Assembly: GCF_018350175.1 (NCBI RefSeq)
Contig: NC_058368.1
Coordinates: forward strand, 227,108,001-227,172,000
Reading direction: 5' to 3'
DNA: 64,000 bases
Origin: Felis catus
Taxonomy: Eukaryota
Shown: piece after piece, positions 1 to 12,873 of the stretch
Layout of the letters: each line of letters begins with the position of its first letter
Numbering within the stretch: the first letter of the stretch is position 1
Position numbers and translations under genes: made by a program
The notes under the pieces: generated by a model
What the model saw: only the letters and a program-made list of their open reading frames with translations
The model's database searches: none
What the model was told of the DNA's origin: nothing

Positions 1-384
1 TGAGTGAAAAAGGCAGTGAGGCAGGGCCACCAAGGATGTGCAATCCAGCTGACTGTCTCCATGAGATGATAGGTCCTTCCAGGACCCTTCTGAGGAAGCT
101 TAGGAAATGTGATCAGAACTATATCAGAAGCATTTGTTGGCCCCCTCGTCCCCCCGGATGTTCCAGGCTCAGCGTCAGAGAAGTTCCAGAACTCCATGCA
201 GCTCCATGTGAAAGCTGGTCTAAGTCCGCCAGGAATGTTCTCTACAGTACGGCTGGAATCCTGGGGACAGCTGTGAAGAGGAAGCATGCGAAAAGAACCC
301 TCTCTCCCCTCCCTGCTCTGTTTCTCCATTGCTCTTCTAGAATCCGAAATTCTGTTTTATGTCTATGTTTATCTCTTTTTGCTA

Positions 385-522
385 CTGTGTAAGCTCCACA
401 AGGTCAGGCATTATTACGGGCTTAGTTCACTGCCGTATCCCCGGTACCCAGAAGGATATCTCGCACAGCCTGAGCACCCAGCATATCACTGGTGAATGAG
501 TGGGTGAATGAATGAATGAATG
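385..522 (+). mobile_element. L2 LINE 3' end fragment
   Basis: gtaagctccac...gttcactgccgtatcccc...cacag followed by a (TGAA)n tail, typical of L2 3' ends. Confidence 0.65.
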
Positions 523-1218
523 CAAGCATTCATTTTGAAAGACTGTGAAGAGTTGCATTTTGGTGGGATTTTCTGAACAGAAACTCACAGGGGATGTTCA
601 AGATCACAAGTCATCATCATGTGATAATTAACAACCCTCAAAATTTATCCAGAAATAAGTCTTCATTTTTTACGTGTCATCACTGAACACTGGCCATAAT
701 TACACCCAGAGGGACAGTAGACAAAAGCGTCCAAAAATCTTTCAAGAGAAAAGAGAAACACCTTTAGTATTTTCATTTCTCTACTTTTCTACCCAGCTTC
801 ATCCAACCGTCTGGAGATGGCCAAAGTCAACCACAAAACCTACTTCCCTTTGCCCAACGCCTCTCATTGTTTCCAGAAAATATAGCGTTCAGCCTTCATT
901 GGCTTAGTTTACACTAAGTTTAAAACTAAGTTTACACTAGTTTAAAACACATTTAAAATATGTGTTTCATATTAATATATTAATAAATAAATAATATCTT
1001 TATTAAAAATAAATAAAAACAAATACATATAAGCATTTTTATTTTTATATACACAGACACAAATTCTATGTCTTATTTTCTCTTTTACTTTACAAATTGA
1101 TATCTCTTGCTTCCCTTGCTTGTTCCCACACCAGGTCTTTTTCCTAAACTCCTTCCTGCACATGCAATACATTTAAAAGGTGACCCAAAATATGCTCAGT
1201 TAAATAATCCTGTGGATA

Positions 1219-1419
1219 GGGTTGCCCGGGTGGCTCAGTCGGTTAAGCGTCCAACTTTAGCTCAGGTCATGATCTCGTGGTCCATAAGTTCGAGCCCCAC
1301 GTCGAACTCTGTGCTGACAGCTCAGAGTCTGGAGCCTGCTTCGGATTCTGTGTCTCCCTGTCTGCACCTCTCTCTCTCTCTCTCTCGCTCTCAAAAATAA
1401 ACATTAAAAAAATTTTTTT
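1219..1419 (+). mobile_element. CanSINE (SINEC)
   Basis: tRNA-like head (gggtggctcagtcggttaagcg), (CT)n, A-rich tail; TSD aataa(t/c)cctgtggata on both sides. Confidence 0.95.
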
Positions 1420-1737
1420 AATAACCCTGTGGATATTCACTGATTCAGGCACTGACCTCTTTGTGTCAATGCAAATAAACTGGTGTCTCCAAGAAAATCC
1501 AAGTTTGCCAGAGTCCGCTCAGAAAGATTCGTTCGTTAAGTAGCATAACCTACTGGTGTTTTAAATGACTGTAGACTGATAACTATTTAACAGACTTCCG
1601 CATGGCTGCATGGCCTGCCCTAATCACTTCTCTATACTCACATCAACACAAGGTCCTACTTTATGAGATTGAGTTTTCTAGACCCCACTAAGCATTACAG
1701 TAGGCTTTCCTCATGTTTGCCTTAAGGTGAATCCTTA

Positions 1738-2398
1738 AGTCAATCCTCATTATTCACGGCTTCCATGTTTGCAAATTCACCCACTCGATAAAATGTACTT
1801 GTAACCCCCAAATCAGTAAACAGCAAGGCACTTTCATAGTCATTCACAGACACGTACAGAGCAGCCAAAAATTTGAGGGACCTCACACACGTGTTCCCAA
1901 CTGATGAATGAGGCGACGCTCTGCCTTCTCATTTCAGCTCTCATATTGCAGGCAAGTATCCTTTGTAAACAAGTGTCCTTTCCGGGGTTTATTTAGTGCC
2001 GCATTTTCCACTTTTTTGTTCTTATTTTGGCGATGTCACTGTTTAAAATGGCCCAGGCACAGTGCCGAAGTGCTGTCTGGTGTTCCTCGGCACAAGAAGG
2101 TTGTGCTGCGCCTAATGGAGGAAATCCGTGTGTTAGACGAGCTTCATTCGGGCATGAGTTAAAGTGCCATGAGTCCAATGTTAATAAATCAACAATCTAT
2201 ACTAAATAAGCTGCCTTGAAACAGAAGCACATAAAACAAGGTTGTGTATTGATCTGTTGACCCAGCGTGGTGATCGGAGGCTCACAGGCACCTACCCCTG
2301 TATTTTCTCTAGGAGCAAGGGTTCAATACTCACCGATTTGGTGTTCAGTGACTTTGTGGGACATAACTACCACAAACCAACTGTACAAAAATCAACTG
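1738..2398 (+). mobile_element. MER82-like TcMar-Tigger non-autonomous DNA transposon
   Basis: Termini agtcaatcctcattattc...aatcaactg; internal remnant of transposase N-terminal HTH (HKKVVLRLMEEIRVLDELHSGMS, ORF 1908-2162); matches recalled MER82 consensus. Confidence 0.85.
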
Positions 2399-2639
2399 CA
2401 CAAGAAGCTCTATAAGCACAAAAACAGGGATCTCCCCTGCTATTGTGAACCTATCGGTCCTTGTCACATCTCCACAGCCCTCACCTCCACTTGTGAACGG
2501 CTTCCCAGGGCCACGCTGGCAACCCCGAAGTCTGCAGACGTGCAATTGAGCAAGTACTACAGCACATTCAGGCCCCCGGAGCTGCTCTCAACTAATGATG
2601 TCTGGGGACATCTGACAGATTACGTCTAGCATCCTGAAC

Positions 2640-2882
2640 TCACCATTGGGGTAGTTCTGAGGCCTGTTGTAGTAGCTACACTGCTTTCCAGAGTCCTCTG
2701 GAGGAATTGGGCTGCAGTTGCCTGAGGGTAACTGATTTGACAATTCAGTGTTGAGTGGTTTCATTCCCTTCCTGTCGACTTACTTGTAACCCTCTCCCAG
2801 ATAAACTGCTTGAACTACTTGAGTAGAAAAACTACTCAAATTTTTGTCTCACGTCTGCTACATAGGAACCCAAACCAAGATA
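2640..2882 (+). mobile_element. ERV-L LTR fragment (LTR16-like 3' part)
   Basis: ctcccagataaactgcttg...tcaaatttttgtctcacgtctgct...ggaacccaaaccaagata resembles the LTR16 3' end. Confidence 0.6.
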
Positions 2883-4469
2883 CACACTGATCCCAAATCT
2901 GTCAAAAGCATCTCAATTGAGATGATGTAACAGCCAAGTCACTACCACTATGATAATAGCCCATACCAATTAAGGTATTTATATGACTTAGAAATGCACA
3001 CAACACCCATGACACAAAGGGACCATTAGCACAGGGCTCCAAAACCCCAATCCAGGGACTGATCAGCAAGCTAATCAGCTTCATAACCCCTTGGAGCTAG
3101 TGGAGAATCTATGACAAGAGAGTTCCTGATAGCACCTGGCACATGATATGTGCTCAAAATTGGCTGTCGGGTGAATGAACATATAGTAAACTTTTAACAT
3201 CATCTTATAAGTCATGCAAAACCTGTGGGGGGTTGAGCAACGAAATAGCCATAGAAATTGTGCTGCAGAGAAATTAATCTGGTGTTGGCATAGAAGACGG
3301 TTACGAAGGGAGATAAATTCATGTGCTCCAGTTAAATGAGAGAATGAGGCATATATATAGAGAGAGATTTTCATCTAAGTATATTTAAAAGCAAGAGATC
3401 AAATTCTAAATGAAGAGTGAGAAGAAGGGGGAAGAAAGAGAGAAAAGAGAGGGAGAGAGAGCCCAAGCCCTACAACGAGCCAAGCAGACATCCACCCCCC
3501 TCCCCCCAAGAACGTGTCACCCTTAGACCCTAGCTGTGTAAATAAACCTACAGAACAAAGGTTCAGTCTGAGCCGCAAGTTCAAACTTCCCCGGGCTGTC
3601 GATAACACACACAGCAGCAGACAGCATCCTGTGCAAGGGGCAAACCACGGCAGGAAGCAGCCTCTGTCTTTATGCTTTCCTAAGATATTTATACACTCCT
3701 CTGTGGCCAGCAAACATAACTGGTGTAACTTGGATGAAATTTTAATTATACAGGATTTTAATGATTTAAGTTGCTGTGGGTGAAGAAGGGAAGCCAATAA
3801 GAAGGGAGCAAAGGTTCAACTAAGTACAGCTGCCCGTTTCCCCTCAGCCCTGTAGAAAAAAAAAAACAGCATTCCGGAGAAAGGTCTCAAGGTTCACTGT
3901 TGAAGGTAGGAGAGAGCCACATAATTCTAGCTACTGGCTATGGGCACTGGCTCTGTCACTACTCTGTCTCGCCACAACATGTCAACAAGTTTACAGATCT
4001 GGAGTTGATGATCTTGCTATAAAAAGGATTCTGGGGTAACTGTCATCTCCATACCCATTGTTCTTTATCTGCCACTTTCTTCTAGACTTTTCTTCCTTCT
4101 CTCCATCTCTGCTTTATTCTTCTGTACTAGCCTATCCACACTCCTCTCCAAGTCTCCAGTCGAGAGCTGAACCAGAGGTGCATATTCTGTCCTGCCGGAA
4201 TATGCTCACCCTTATCTTGAAATTCGCGAGAAGGTTGGCTGGATTGGCCTCCATGTGGAGCCGCAAAAGGGACCTCAATGGGACTTTCGCCCAACATTTA
4301 CATGGCTAACACGTGGCTGGCCCCAGTTGGAATGAGGTCAGCACTTGCTCCTGCGATTCTTACCAATAAGCCCATTTCTTATTATCACATCGTCCTCTTC
4401 AGCAGATCTGCCATACCAGACTGCTCTGGGGAACTTAGCAAGATGGCTGAGTTAGTCACACAGTATTCA

Positions 4470-4930
4470 AGTGTGCGTTTTCATTCACTCAACCATTTAC
4501 GGAGAGCTAACTACTGTGCTGGATCCCTTGAGGGCTACAATGATGAATACCGCCAAGGCTTGAACCCCAAGTTGTTGATAATTTGGCAGGAAGCAAGATG
4601 TATGTTCAAACTATAGTAGAACATAACAAAGCATCCCGACAGATGCGGGAAGACCGCGCTCAGCTGGGAGTTCAGGAAAGCTTCACAGAGAGCATTTGAA
4701 CTTGGCCTTGGAGGCTAGATAGGATCTCCAAATGGAAAGGCAAGGGATTCTGGGTGAAATGAATAGATATAAGAATGAATAGGAATAGGAATGTACAAGG
4801 TAGTGGGAGAGGCGAGGCATTCAGGAACAGGAAGTATTTCATTCTGGCCACAACGTATTGTTGTTAAAGGAGTTAAGGCTACAAGGGTTAGATTAGGGCT
4901 AGAACTGATTTTACAGGCAGTGGAGAGACA
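4470..4930 (-). mobile_element. L2 LINE fragment
   Basis: ttcattcactcaaccatttac...actactgtgctgg, then purine-rich L2-like body (gcatttgaacttggccttg). Confidence 0.55.
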
Positions 4931-5679
4931 ATGAATGTCAGAGCACCCTGTTCAAACCCTCACTTCCAAAAGTGGAGCCCCACACTTAGAGAGATGACAA
5001 GTCTTTTCCAAGATCCCGTAGCAAGTCAGAGCTGGCTCTGGGTTCCCATTCCGAGGCCCCTCACCACGTGGCTATTTCACAATGAGGACCGAGCCTTAGG
5101 ACAAATAATCTGGCAGCAGAAATAAAAAAAACAGATGACAGAGGTGAAAGACTGTGGCACGAGAGCTGCAAAGGAGGCCTTTGCGGGTTCCAGGAAAGGA
5201 ATACGGGGCACCTGGACCCAGTTGTTGGCAGTGGGACTGGGAGGAAGGTACAAGTCCAAGAGTAATTGTGGAGGGAGGATTTACAGGACAAGATGACTGT
5301 TTGGCTGTGTGGGCTGTGGCAGGGGGAGGCGGAAGAGTTGATTCCAAGGTTTCAAGCCCAAGTGACTAGGAGTCCCATTTATGGAAAAAGGAAATCGCCC
5401 ACTCTTTCCTTAGTTCCTGGCAGTGCACCTTCCTCTCCGCCCCTCTCCTGCCAAAAGTGCTCCATCAGAGTTTTTCCTGGCCCCTAAGTCAAGGCTCTGG
5501 ACAGAGCCCTTGCTCTGCAACATGTGATGACATCATCACTGTTGTGCACCCCTCCTTTTTGTTAGTCTCCCTGTTCTCGGATTTCTTGTCTCGTGGGCTC
5601 TTCTTACTTACTCCTTAATTTTTCTTTAGGCCACTGATTGTACCTGTTTTCTAAGTTTATATTCTTTTCCCTTTTCATA

Positions 5680-6170
5680 GTCATAACGTACGACAGAGCC
5701 TCAATTCAAATTAGTTCAACTCAAAAGGGGATTTATTGGTTCCTGAAATTGGAAAGCTTGAAGGTACAACAGGATCCATGGATCTGAACTGGATCCCCCC
5801 CTGCCCCCCGCCTCTCTCTCTCTCTCTCTCACACACACCCACAATCAGTTCTGTTTTTCTTTCTGTTGGCTCTGCTCTTAGGCAGCCTCCACTGGTAAGA
5901 TGGCCTCCAGAACCTCTATGGCCTCCAAGTTCAGCTGCTCTGAGAAATGGAAAAGCTCCAATGATTCCAATAAAAGTGCTGATATTTAGTCTTGCTAGAC
6001 CCAGTGTGGTCAGGTACCGTTGCTGACCCAATCTGTATGACCAGAGGGATGGAATATACTGATTGGCCAGGCCAGGCCTGCAAGTGGCTGAGGTTAGTCC
6101 CTCCAAGTCACATGAACTAAGAGCTGGAAAGGGGGTCCTAAAAAAGAAACTCCAAAGGAAATCACATTAA
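5680..6170 (-). mobile_element. Old MaLR LTR (MLT1J/K-like)
   Basis: aaaaggggatttattgg (minus-strand AATAAA); ccaatc...ccagagggatggaatat..tgattggccag motifs typical of old MLT1. Confidence 0.6.
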
Positions 6171-6574
6171 CTATGGTTACCAGAGAAGGGGAGTGGTTGC
6201 TGGCTGGGGGCAAACAGCACATTTTTGTTCTTGTTTGCATCTATTCACATCCAAAGTATGTAGGTCTCCTTTTTCTTTGGATTTCTGGACCCCTTCCTGG
6301 ATACTTTCTCCTAAACATTTCACGCCTACCTCAAACTGTCTACATTCAAAGGTGAATGTTTCTCCTGCCACGTTTCCTATTTATCTATATAGTGCCACCA
6401 TATCCTAAGCCACCTGAGATCATGGCTTTGGAATTAATTTTTATTCTTTCCTCTGCCACACCTGACTCCCTTCCCCAAGACGCAAGTCCTTGTACCTATA
6501 AGCACACACATGCACACATCCAAAGCCTCTCGTTCCTTCTCTGCTTTGTCTTTCACGTTATCCTTCTCACCCTG

Positions 6575-7023
6575 TGTGGTAGATCGTAAAAATGGCCAAA
6601 TCTTTCACCCTTCTCTATCCACACCCTCTCCAATGGGATCCTGTACCTCTCCCACTGACAGAGTTCATTTCCCCGCTCAATGAATCTGGGTTGAACTTGT
6701 AACTTCCTTTGGCCTAGGTGACTAGTCTTTGTAACTTTGGCTGTTCCTTGCTCCTCTGTCTTCACCATGAGACCAAGCTCAGGCTCACCTGTGGAGCAAA
6801 GATAAGCCATGCCAGATAAGCCCAGCCTAGACTGGCCAGGCACCAGATGACCTAACAGCTGACCACAGATGCTTGAGACAACAGAGCCAAAAGCAGAAAA
6901 ACTGCCAGGCTGAGCACAGTTTAACTTGACGACCCTCAGAATCATGAGCTAAATAAATGGTTGTTACTTTTAAAGCACTAAATTCCAGGTTTCTGTGTTA
7001 CACAGCAAACACTGACTGATACA
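6575..7023 (+). mobile_element. MaLR solo LTR (MLT1G/H-like)
   Basis: TG...CA ends (tgtggtagatcgtaaaaatggcc...cacagcaaacactgactgataca); aataaatggttgtt poly(A) region. Confidence 0.8.
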
Positions 7024-7117
7024 TCTCCTTTCCTAATGACTCTGACCTAATTCATGCTTTCCATTTCCTTCCATCTCACCTAGGTGGCGTCGTTTGAGGC
7101 AGTCTTAGAATGATCAG

Positions 7118-7210
7118 TAATAATTATTTCTAACACTTACGTAGCGCTTATTCTGTGCTATATAGAGCCTGAACACCTACATATAATAATTCATTAAGTT
7201 TCACAGCAGT
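7118..7210 (-). mobile_element. MIR fragment
   Basis: taataat...aacacttacgtagcgcttattctgtgc matches the reverse of the MIR 3' end. Confidence 0.5.
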
Positions 7211-9164
7211 AAACATTATCCCTGACCAGATACAGGGACATCAGAGAACATGTGAGAGAGAATCACTAGGAAAGATTATTCATCCTGGAAACAGAAGCCA
7301 AACAATCAGGGATGTTTGGTCATCCAGGAGGCATCGTGGACTTCTATGACCACTTTCCTCCGTTATATGCCACCTCTATGCAGCGTGAGATCCCGTCAGG
7401 GAATGCATTTTTTTTTTTCTAGACAACCACACTAAACTCTCCATCACTCTTAAAAATACACAAGTTCCATACAAATCAGTGGGAATTACTCATGCATCTC
7501 TAAGGACCAAAGTTATCTTTATGGATTAAAAAACCAACTCAAATAAAATATTACAGTACTAATATGGTACTATGTCCTCTCGAAATGGTTATCAAAGCTA
7601 CTGTGTTTAATAGACAAATCTGATCCGGTAAATTATCTACTGTTTAAGGGTAGCAGTACTAAATAACAAAGACTTCCCCAGCCTCCCCTCAATTAATCTG
7701 TCTGTCTCCAAAATAACCCATGTCTAAAATGAAACCTATGACAATTTTACCATAGAAAGTTCTCCATCGTAAAGAAATCCCCATGGTAGTGGTAGAGGTG
7801 GTAAGGAAGAGGGAGAAATGTTTTAGAAAAGTACAACATTTTTAAAAATTGAATTAAGAATTCTACTTGCGGACTACTTAAGAATCTTACACAATTTAAG
7901 GTTAGGCTTTTTTTCTTTCATTAGTCCAATACTTCCAGTAGCCATTTTGTTTGTTATTTTTTATTCCATTTGTTCCAAGTATAGAGGAGAAGGGCTGTTT
8001 CCCTCTGCTAACAGGTGGGGCTGGAAGGAAAATTTTTACAGTCACTCATGAAAATGAGCCCAGTTAAGAATTTTATTTTTGTTGAAATAATACCTCAAGA
8101 TAGGTAGAGGTCAACCCTAACAAGATCATAAAATAGGGAGAAGTAGCAGAATGAGTCTGGCCCTGACACCCTGCACAAAAGAGCTCACTGTGCTGTGGCA
8201 CTACCATAATATTAGGTGGGCATTCTGTGCCCTGGAAAACATCATTTCAACTTTGTTCCTGGAGCCTGAACTGTTTTAATCTTTGTTGCTGCTAAAATAC
8301 ACATGAATGTTCCATAAACATATACGAGCACAGGAGTAATGAGGAAACAGAAATGCGACAAAGACAACCTGGTTTTCAGGGTATAAGATGAAACCTGAAA
8401 TGTAAGGTCACAACACTGTCAACTCTATGCCACACAACCTGCCATGTATTTAATTATCAAGTATTCTGTTAAGATGTTCTTGTCATATGGCTTATAAGCA
8501 AATTGTCCGTTCATTTCCTATTGTTACTAAGTGCCAAATGCAGGAGACGACAAAACTTTCATAATAGGGAAATCATTAAAAATGACAAAAACGAAACTCT
8601 CCTAGATCAGGTGAGAAAAAAATGATGGTGGCAATGTTATGTTCTACTGACTTTCCAGAAAAATGGAGAAAATATTGTAAATAGACAACTTCTATTCTGT
8701 TTTACTCTAGAATACCTTCAAAGAACATGCCAGGGGGGAAAAAAATGCAATCCTGCTTGCCTCTTGCTATCTACATCATATTGCTGAGTATTCTTATTTT
8801 CTCAAAATGCCAACCTAGGGTGATTTTTTTAACGCTTTCTCAGTCTCTCTTACAGACAAACCTGAAATGAATTTAGCTCCAAAGGGGTCATAGCAACTTC
8901 TTTAATCTAACAGCACAGGGAATGGACACAGTGCCATCTGATAAGGCACATCAAATACTTGCCCCTAGTGGCACTCGTGTGATTTCCCCTTCAGAACACT
9001 GCCACTCTATAACCCCTTCTTAGCAATTAAAATGCATTATCCCAACCCACAAAAATAATAGCTGATGAACAAGCTAGTCTTCTACACCCACTGAGAAGGT
9101 AATCATAATATCAACATTCTAGTGCTTCCTACACCCTCACTGTTGTTTATGGGTCAAGAAGCTC

Positions 9165-11020
9165 TAAGCACTTTGAGTCTCCATTCTTCTCCCAAGTTTG
9201 GTGAGTGTCTTTAGGACCATTACTTTGAACTCTTTATCAAGTAAATTACTTATCTCCATTTCATTCAGGTCTTTCACTGAGGTATTATCTTGTTCTTTTA
9301 TTTGGAACATATGCCTCTGTTTTTTCATTTTGTTTGACTCTGAGTTTGTTTTCACGTAGTATGCGAAACAGCTGCCCCTCCCAGTCTTGAAGGAGTGGCC
9401 TGTGTGGGAGATGAAACTTATCAGTCAACTTTGCCCTAGCTTTTGTTGTCTCTCACACCTTTGTGATTGTCTAAGTGGCCTGATTTATTCTTGATAGGAC
9501 CTCATTGTTGACCATGTGTCAGCACCTGTTGGCGTTTCAAAAGGAGTGACCTTAGTCAGGACCTACTTCCAGGCTGACTGGAAGCCAGATCCTCAGGCAA
9601 CAGCTTTTAATGTATGTCAATACATACAGTCCTGTGGGACCACCATTGTAGACCCGATGACATCCCGACTAAGAGATCTGGGGGTATCCCCTGAGCCACA
9701 GTTGAAGGAGCCCAGGCTTCAGATGAGTGTATAAGTTCCTTTCTGGAAGGTACCGGTGGGCTGTGGTGAGGGCCGAGCCGGGGCACAAAGATGGTGTCTC
9801 CTTGCATAGGTTCCCTGAGAACACCTCTTTAGCCTCTAAATGTGTGGCACACCTGAAGCCTATCCCTGAGGTTGAAGTTTCAGGACAAGTAAATCAACCT
9901 TTTTCACAGACTGGGAAAGTGTTTCAGTCTGCTAACTATGCAGTGCCCTGGGTAGGGTAGCCTGCCCAGCACTGTCTTTTCTATTGCTGTGCCGTTCAGA
10001 AACATAAGCCCCTCTGGCCATGGGAGCCGGGTGATCAGGAAGCATCCCTTGTGTGGACTGCACTCACCTGCCAGCTTTAGCAAGGCTGTGGAAGAGTGTT
10101 GAGAGAGGGGCACATCCACGGTTTCAGTCAGGCCAGGAAAGAGTTGTAGAGACAGTGGATGGCGGCCATGTCTGTGAGCACCTGCCTACTCTCGCAAGGG
10201 AGAAGGAGCGTGCTCTCACCAGCAGCTCCGTCTCCAAAGAAAGTCCCAACTTCTCCCTGCCCCTCTAGCAGATGCTTTAAGGTTAGCAAATGAATCTCCT
10301 TCAGATGTAATGCAGTCACCTCTCACATTGCTGCCTTTGTGCTAAGTCCTGGGACAACAGACTCTACGCACAATCCCCACAAAAAGAGTACATCTGGGGC
10401 ACCTGGGTGGCTTAGTTGGTTAAGGGACCAAATTCAGCTGAGGTCATGATCTCGCGGTTCGTGAGTTCAAGCCCCGCATCGGGCTCTGTGCTGACAGCTC
10501 AGAGCCTGGAGCCTGCTTCAGATTCTGCGTCTCCCTCTCTCTCTGCCCCTCCCCAACTCATGCTCGCTCGCTCTTTCTTTCCCTCCCTCTAAAAATAAAT
10601 AAACATTAAAAACAAAAAGAGTCTATCTGATCCCCACAGCCCCCCAGGCCCCTTGAGCATAAGCTCCTTGGTTCCCAAAGCCAGATGTTTCAACCGCTTT
10701 ATCTCTCCAGTGCAGGTCTCAAGGGCTGCAGTGCCAGATGTGGGGCACAACCCCTCACTCCTTAGGGAGATACTCCAGGCCAATGAGATCCCTCCCTATA
10801 GTGTATTGCCACGTTGGGGGTAGGGTTTTTGGAGACTCTGCGTCTGTCTCTCCTCCCTGTCTCCATGTAGTCTTTCTATCCCTTGTGGTGGAGGGAGCTG
10901 TTCAGCTAGTTTTCAGCTCCTTTTCAGCAGCAATTATTCCTTATGTACCTGTAGATTTGGTGTTTCCATGAGAGGCGGTGAGTTCAGGGTCTTCCCACAG
11001 CATCACCTTGAACAACCCCC
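9165..11020 (-). mobile_element. L1 5'UTR plus ORF1 N-terminus, 3'-truncated, interrupted by a SINE
   Basis: Minus ORF 9164-9355 (MKKQRHMFQIKEQDNTSVKDLNEMEISNLLDKEFKVMVLKTLTKLGRRME) is the L1 ORF1p N-terminus; the distal end reads ggaagaccctgaactcacc..., like an L1 5'UTR start. Confidence 0.85.
10396..10613 (+). mobile_element. CanSINE inserted in L1 5'UTR
   Basis: Full head, CT region and tail; TSD aaaaagagt(ac/ct)atct. Confidence 0.95.
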
Positions 11021-11214
11021 TCCACAGCAGGTAATTTTTGAACTAGACTTTGAAGGATGATAATTTTCTTTTTCCAGGTGAAGAAAGGAATGGTTAGAGA
11101 GAAGACCAAGCAAGAACATAACCACGTGGATGGAAATGCTAATATAGAAATCATAAAAACATGGTAATCATAGAGAAAATAGTTAAAACTTACTAAATTA
11201 AAATGAGTTTTCCA

Positions 11215-11473
11215 GCGGCGCCCGGGGGGGTTAAGCGTCTGACTTCAGCTCAGGTCATGATCTCACGGTCCATGAGTTCGAACCCCGCGTCAGTCTCTTT
11301 GTTGACAGCTCAGAGCCTGGACCCTACTTCGGATTCGGTGTTTTCCTCTCTCTCTGCCCCCTCCCTCGCTCACACTCTGTCTCTCAGAAATGAATCAATG
11401 TTAAAAAAAATAGTTTAAAACAAATAATAAAATAAAATAAAATAAAATAAAATAAAATAAAATAAAATAAAAT
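11215..11473 (+). mobile_element. CanSINE with (TAAAA)n tail and A-box deletion
   Basis: gcggcgcccggggggg-ttaagcg lacks tggctcagtc; TSD aaaatga(g/t)ttttcca. Confidence 0.9.
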
Positions 11474-11529
11474 AAAATGATTTTTCCATTACAGCGAAAG
11501 GGACAAAAGTAAAGTACAACTCCCGTTCC

Positions 11530-11730
11530 ATCGATGCCTACTGGTGATGTGCCAGGCACTGTGCAAAATACTTTTATTTACTTGTCATGATAACCCCAGG
11601 TAGTAGATATTAGATCCCCATTTTATGGATAAGAAAACCAAGGTTCTGAAAAGTTGAAATATCTACATAGCTAGTGAGAGGATCCCATCCTAGGTCTATT
11701 TGATTCCAAAGATTGTGGTCTTAACAACTG
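11530..11730 (-). mobile_element. MIR
   Basis: atgtgccaggcactgtgc...atccccattttatggataagaaaaccaagg MIR core in reverse. Confidence 0.75.
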
Positions 11731-12143
11731 TCTTATTCTAGGAACTGAAAATGAGAACCGACTCTCAGCCAAGACCTCATGATATCACTTAGGTTAAGGA
11801 ATCGCAGCTGATGAGCAGCTAAACCCCCAACTCTGCAGACGAATACAGTTAGGTTGTATTTTTGTTCATGAAAATTCTGAAGTGGATGTTTCTGATCTAC
11901 AAGATTCTCCTTCAAGCAGTCGTGTAGGGACCTATGGCCCCTTCTCTCTTGTGGTCCCACTGACTTCTTCCAGGAGCCAGGAGATTTTATGGCTCACAGC
12001 TGGAGGCACTCACCTCACTCTCATTCTATTGGCTAGAACTGGGTCACCTGACCATCCCTTGCTACCAAGGAGGACCGAATATTTAGCAAGCAAAATTACT
12101 TTATCAGAAGAGCTGTGAAGTCAGCTCAGAGAGGCTTTGAAGA

Positions 12144-12369
12144 GGGGCACCTGGGTGGCTCAGTTGGCTAAGCATCCGACTTCGGCTCAGGTCGTGATCT
12201 CATGGTTTGTGAATTCGAGCCCCGTGTCAGGCTCCATGCTGACAGTTCAGAGCCTGTAGCCTGCTTGGAATTCTGTGCCTCCCTCTCTCTCTGCCCTCCC
12301 CCACCCACGCTCTGCCTCTCTCTCTCTCTCTCTCAAAAACAAATAAACGTTAAAAATTTTTTAAAAAAA
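12144..12369 (+). mobile_element. CanSINE
   Basis: ggggcacctgggtggctcag head, (CT)n, A tail. Confidence 0.95.
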
Positions 12370-12641
12370 CAGTAAATACTTCACTCAGGTTATTTAAATC
12401 AATGGATTTTTATTTATTTCTTCTCATACCAAGTATGAAATTCTGAAAAAGCATAAGCATGTCCTCTAAAGATGAACTCACCAGGAATCATTTCCCATGT
12501 TTGTTTTTAAGACAGGCAATAAATATTGCATAATGAATTCTACAGTCAAGAGGAGAGTTATATACAGGCTGAGTTGGCCATTGCCAAAATCAAAAGTATT
12601 TTTCAAGATGAACTGGTCTGTAATTAAGAATTAGTAAGGGG

Positions 12642-12873
12642 GGGGCGCCTGGGTGGCGCAGTTGGTTAAGCGTCCGACTTCAGCCAGGTCACGATCTCGC
12701 GGTCCGTGAGTTCGAGCCCCACGTCGGGCTCTGGGCTGATGGCTCAGAGCCTGGAGCCTGTTTCTGATTCTGTGTCTCCCTCTCTCTCTGCCCCTCCCCC
12801 GTTCATGCTCTGTCTCTCTCTGTCCCAAAAATAAATAAACGTTGAAAAAAAAAATTTAAAAAAAAAAAAAAAA
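12642..12873 (+). mobile_element. Young felid-type CanSINE (SINEC_Fc-like)
   Basis: Diagnostic gcgcag/ttcagccaggtcacg/gggctgatggctc/aaacgttg; perfect 16-bp TSD aagaattagtaagggg (12626-12641, 12874-12889). Confidence 0.97.

Noticed and set aside
1..270. Possible old LTR fragment (similar impression at about 56780-56960)
   Set aside because: Too degenerate to assign without a profile search.
904..950. Short imperfect tandem repeat (agtttacactaagtttaaaac x2) beside an AT-rich stretch
   Set aside because: Ordinary slippage duplication; not a repeat-spacer array.
1219..1300. tRNA-like A and B boxes (here and in all SINE heads)
   Set aside because: These are tRNA-derived SINE heads, not tRNA genes.
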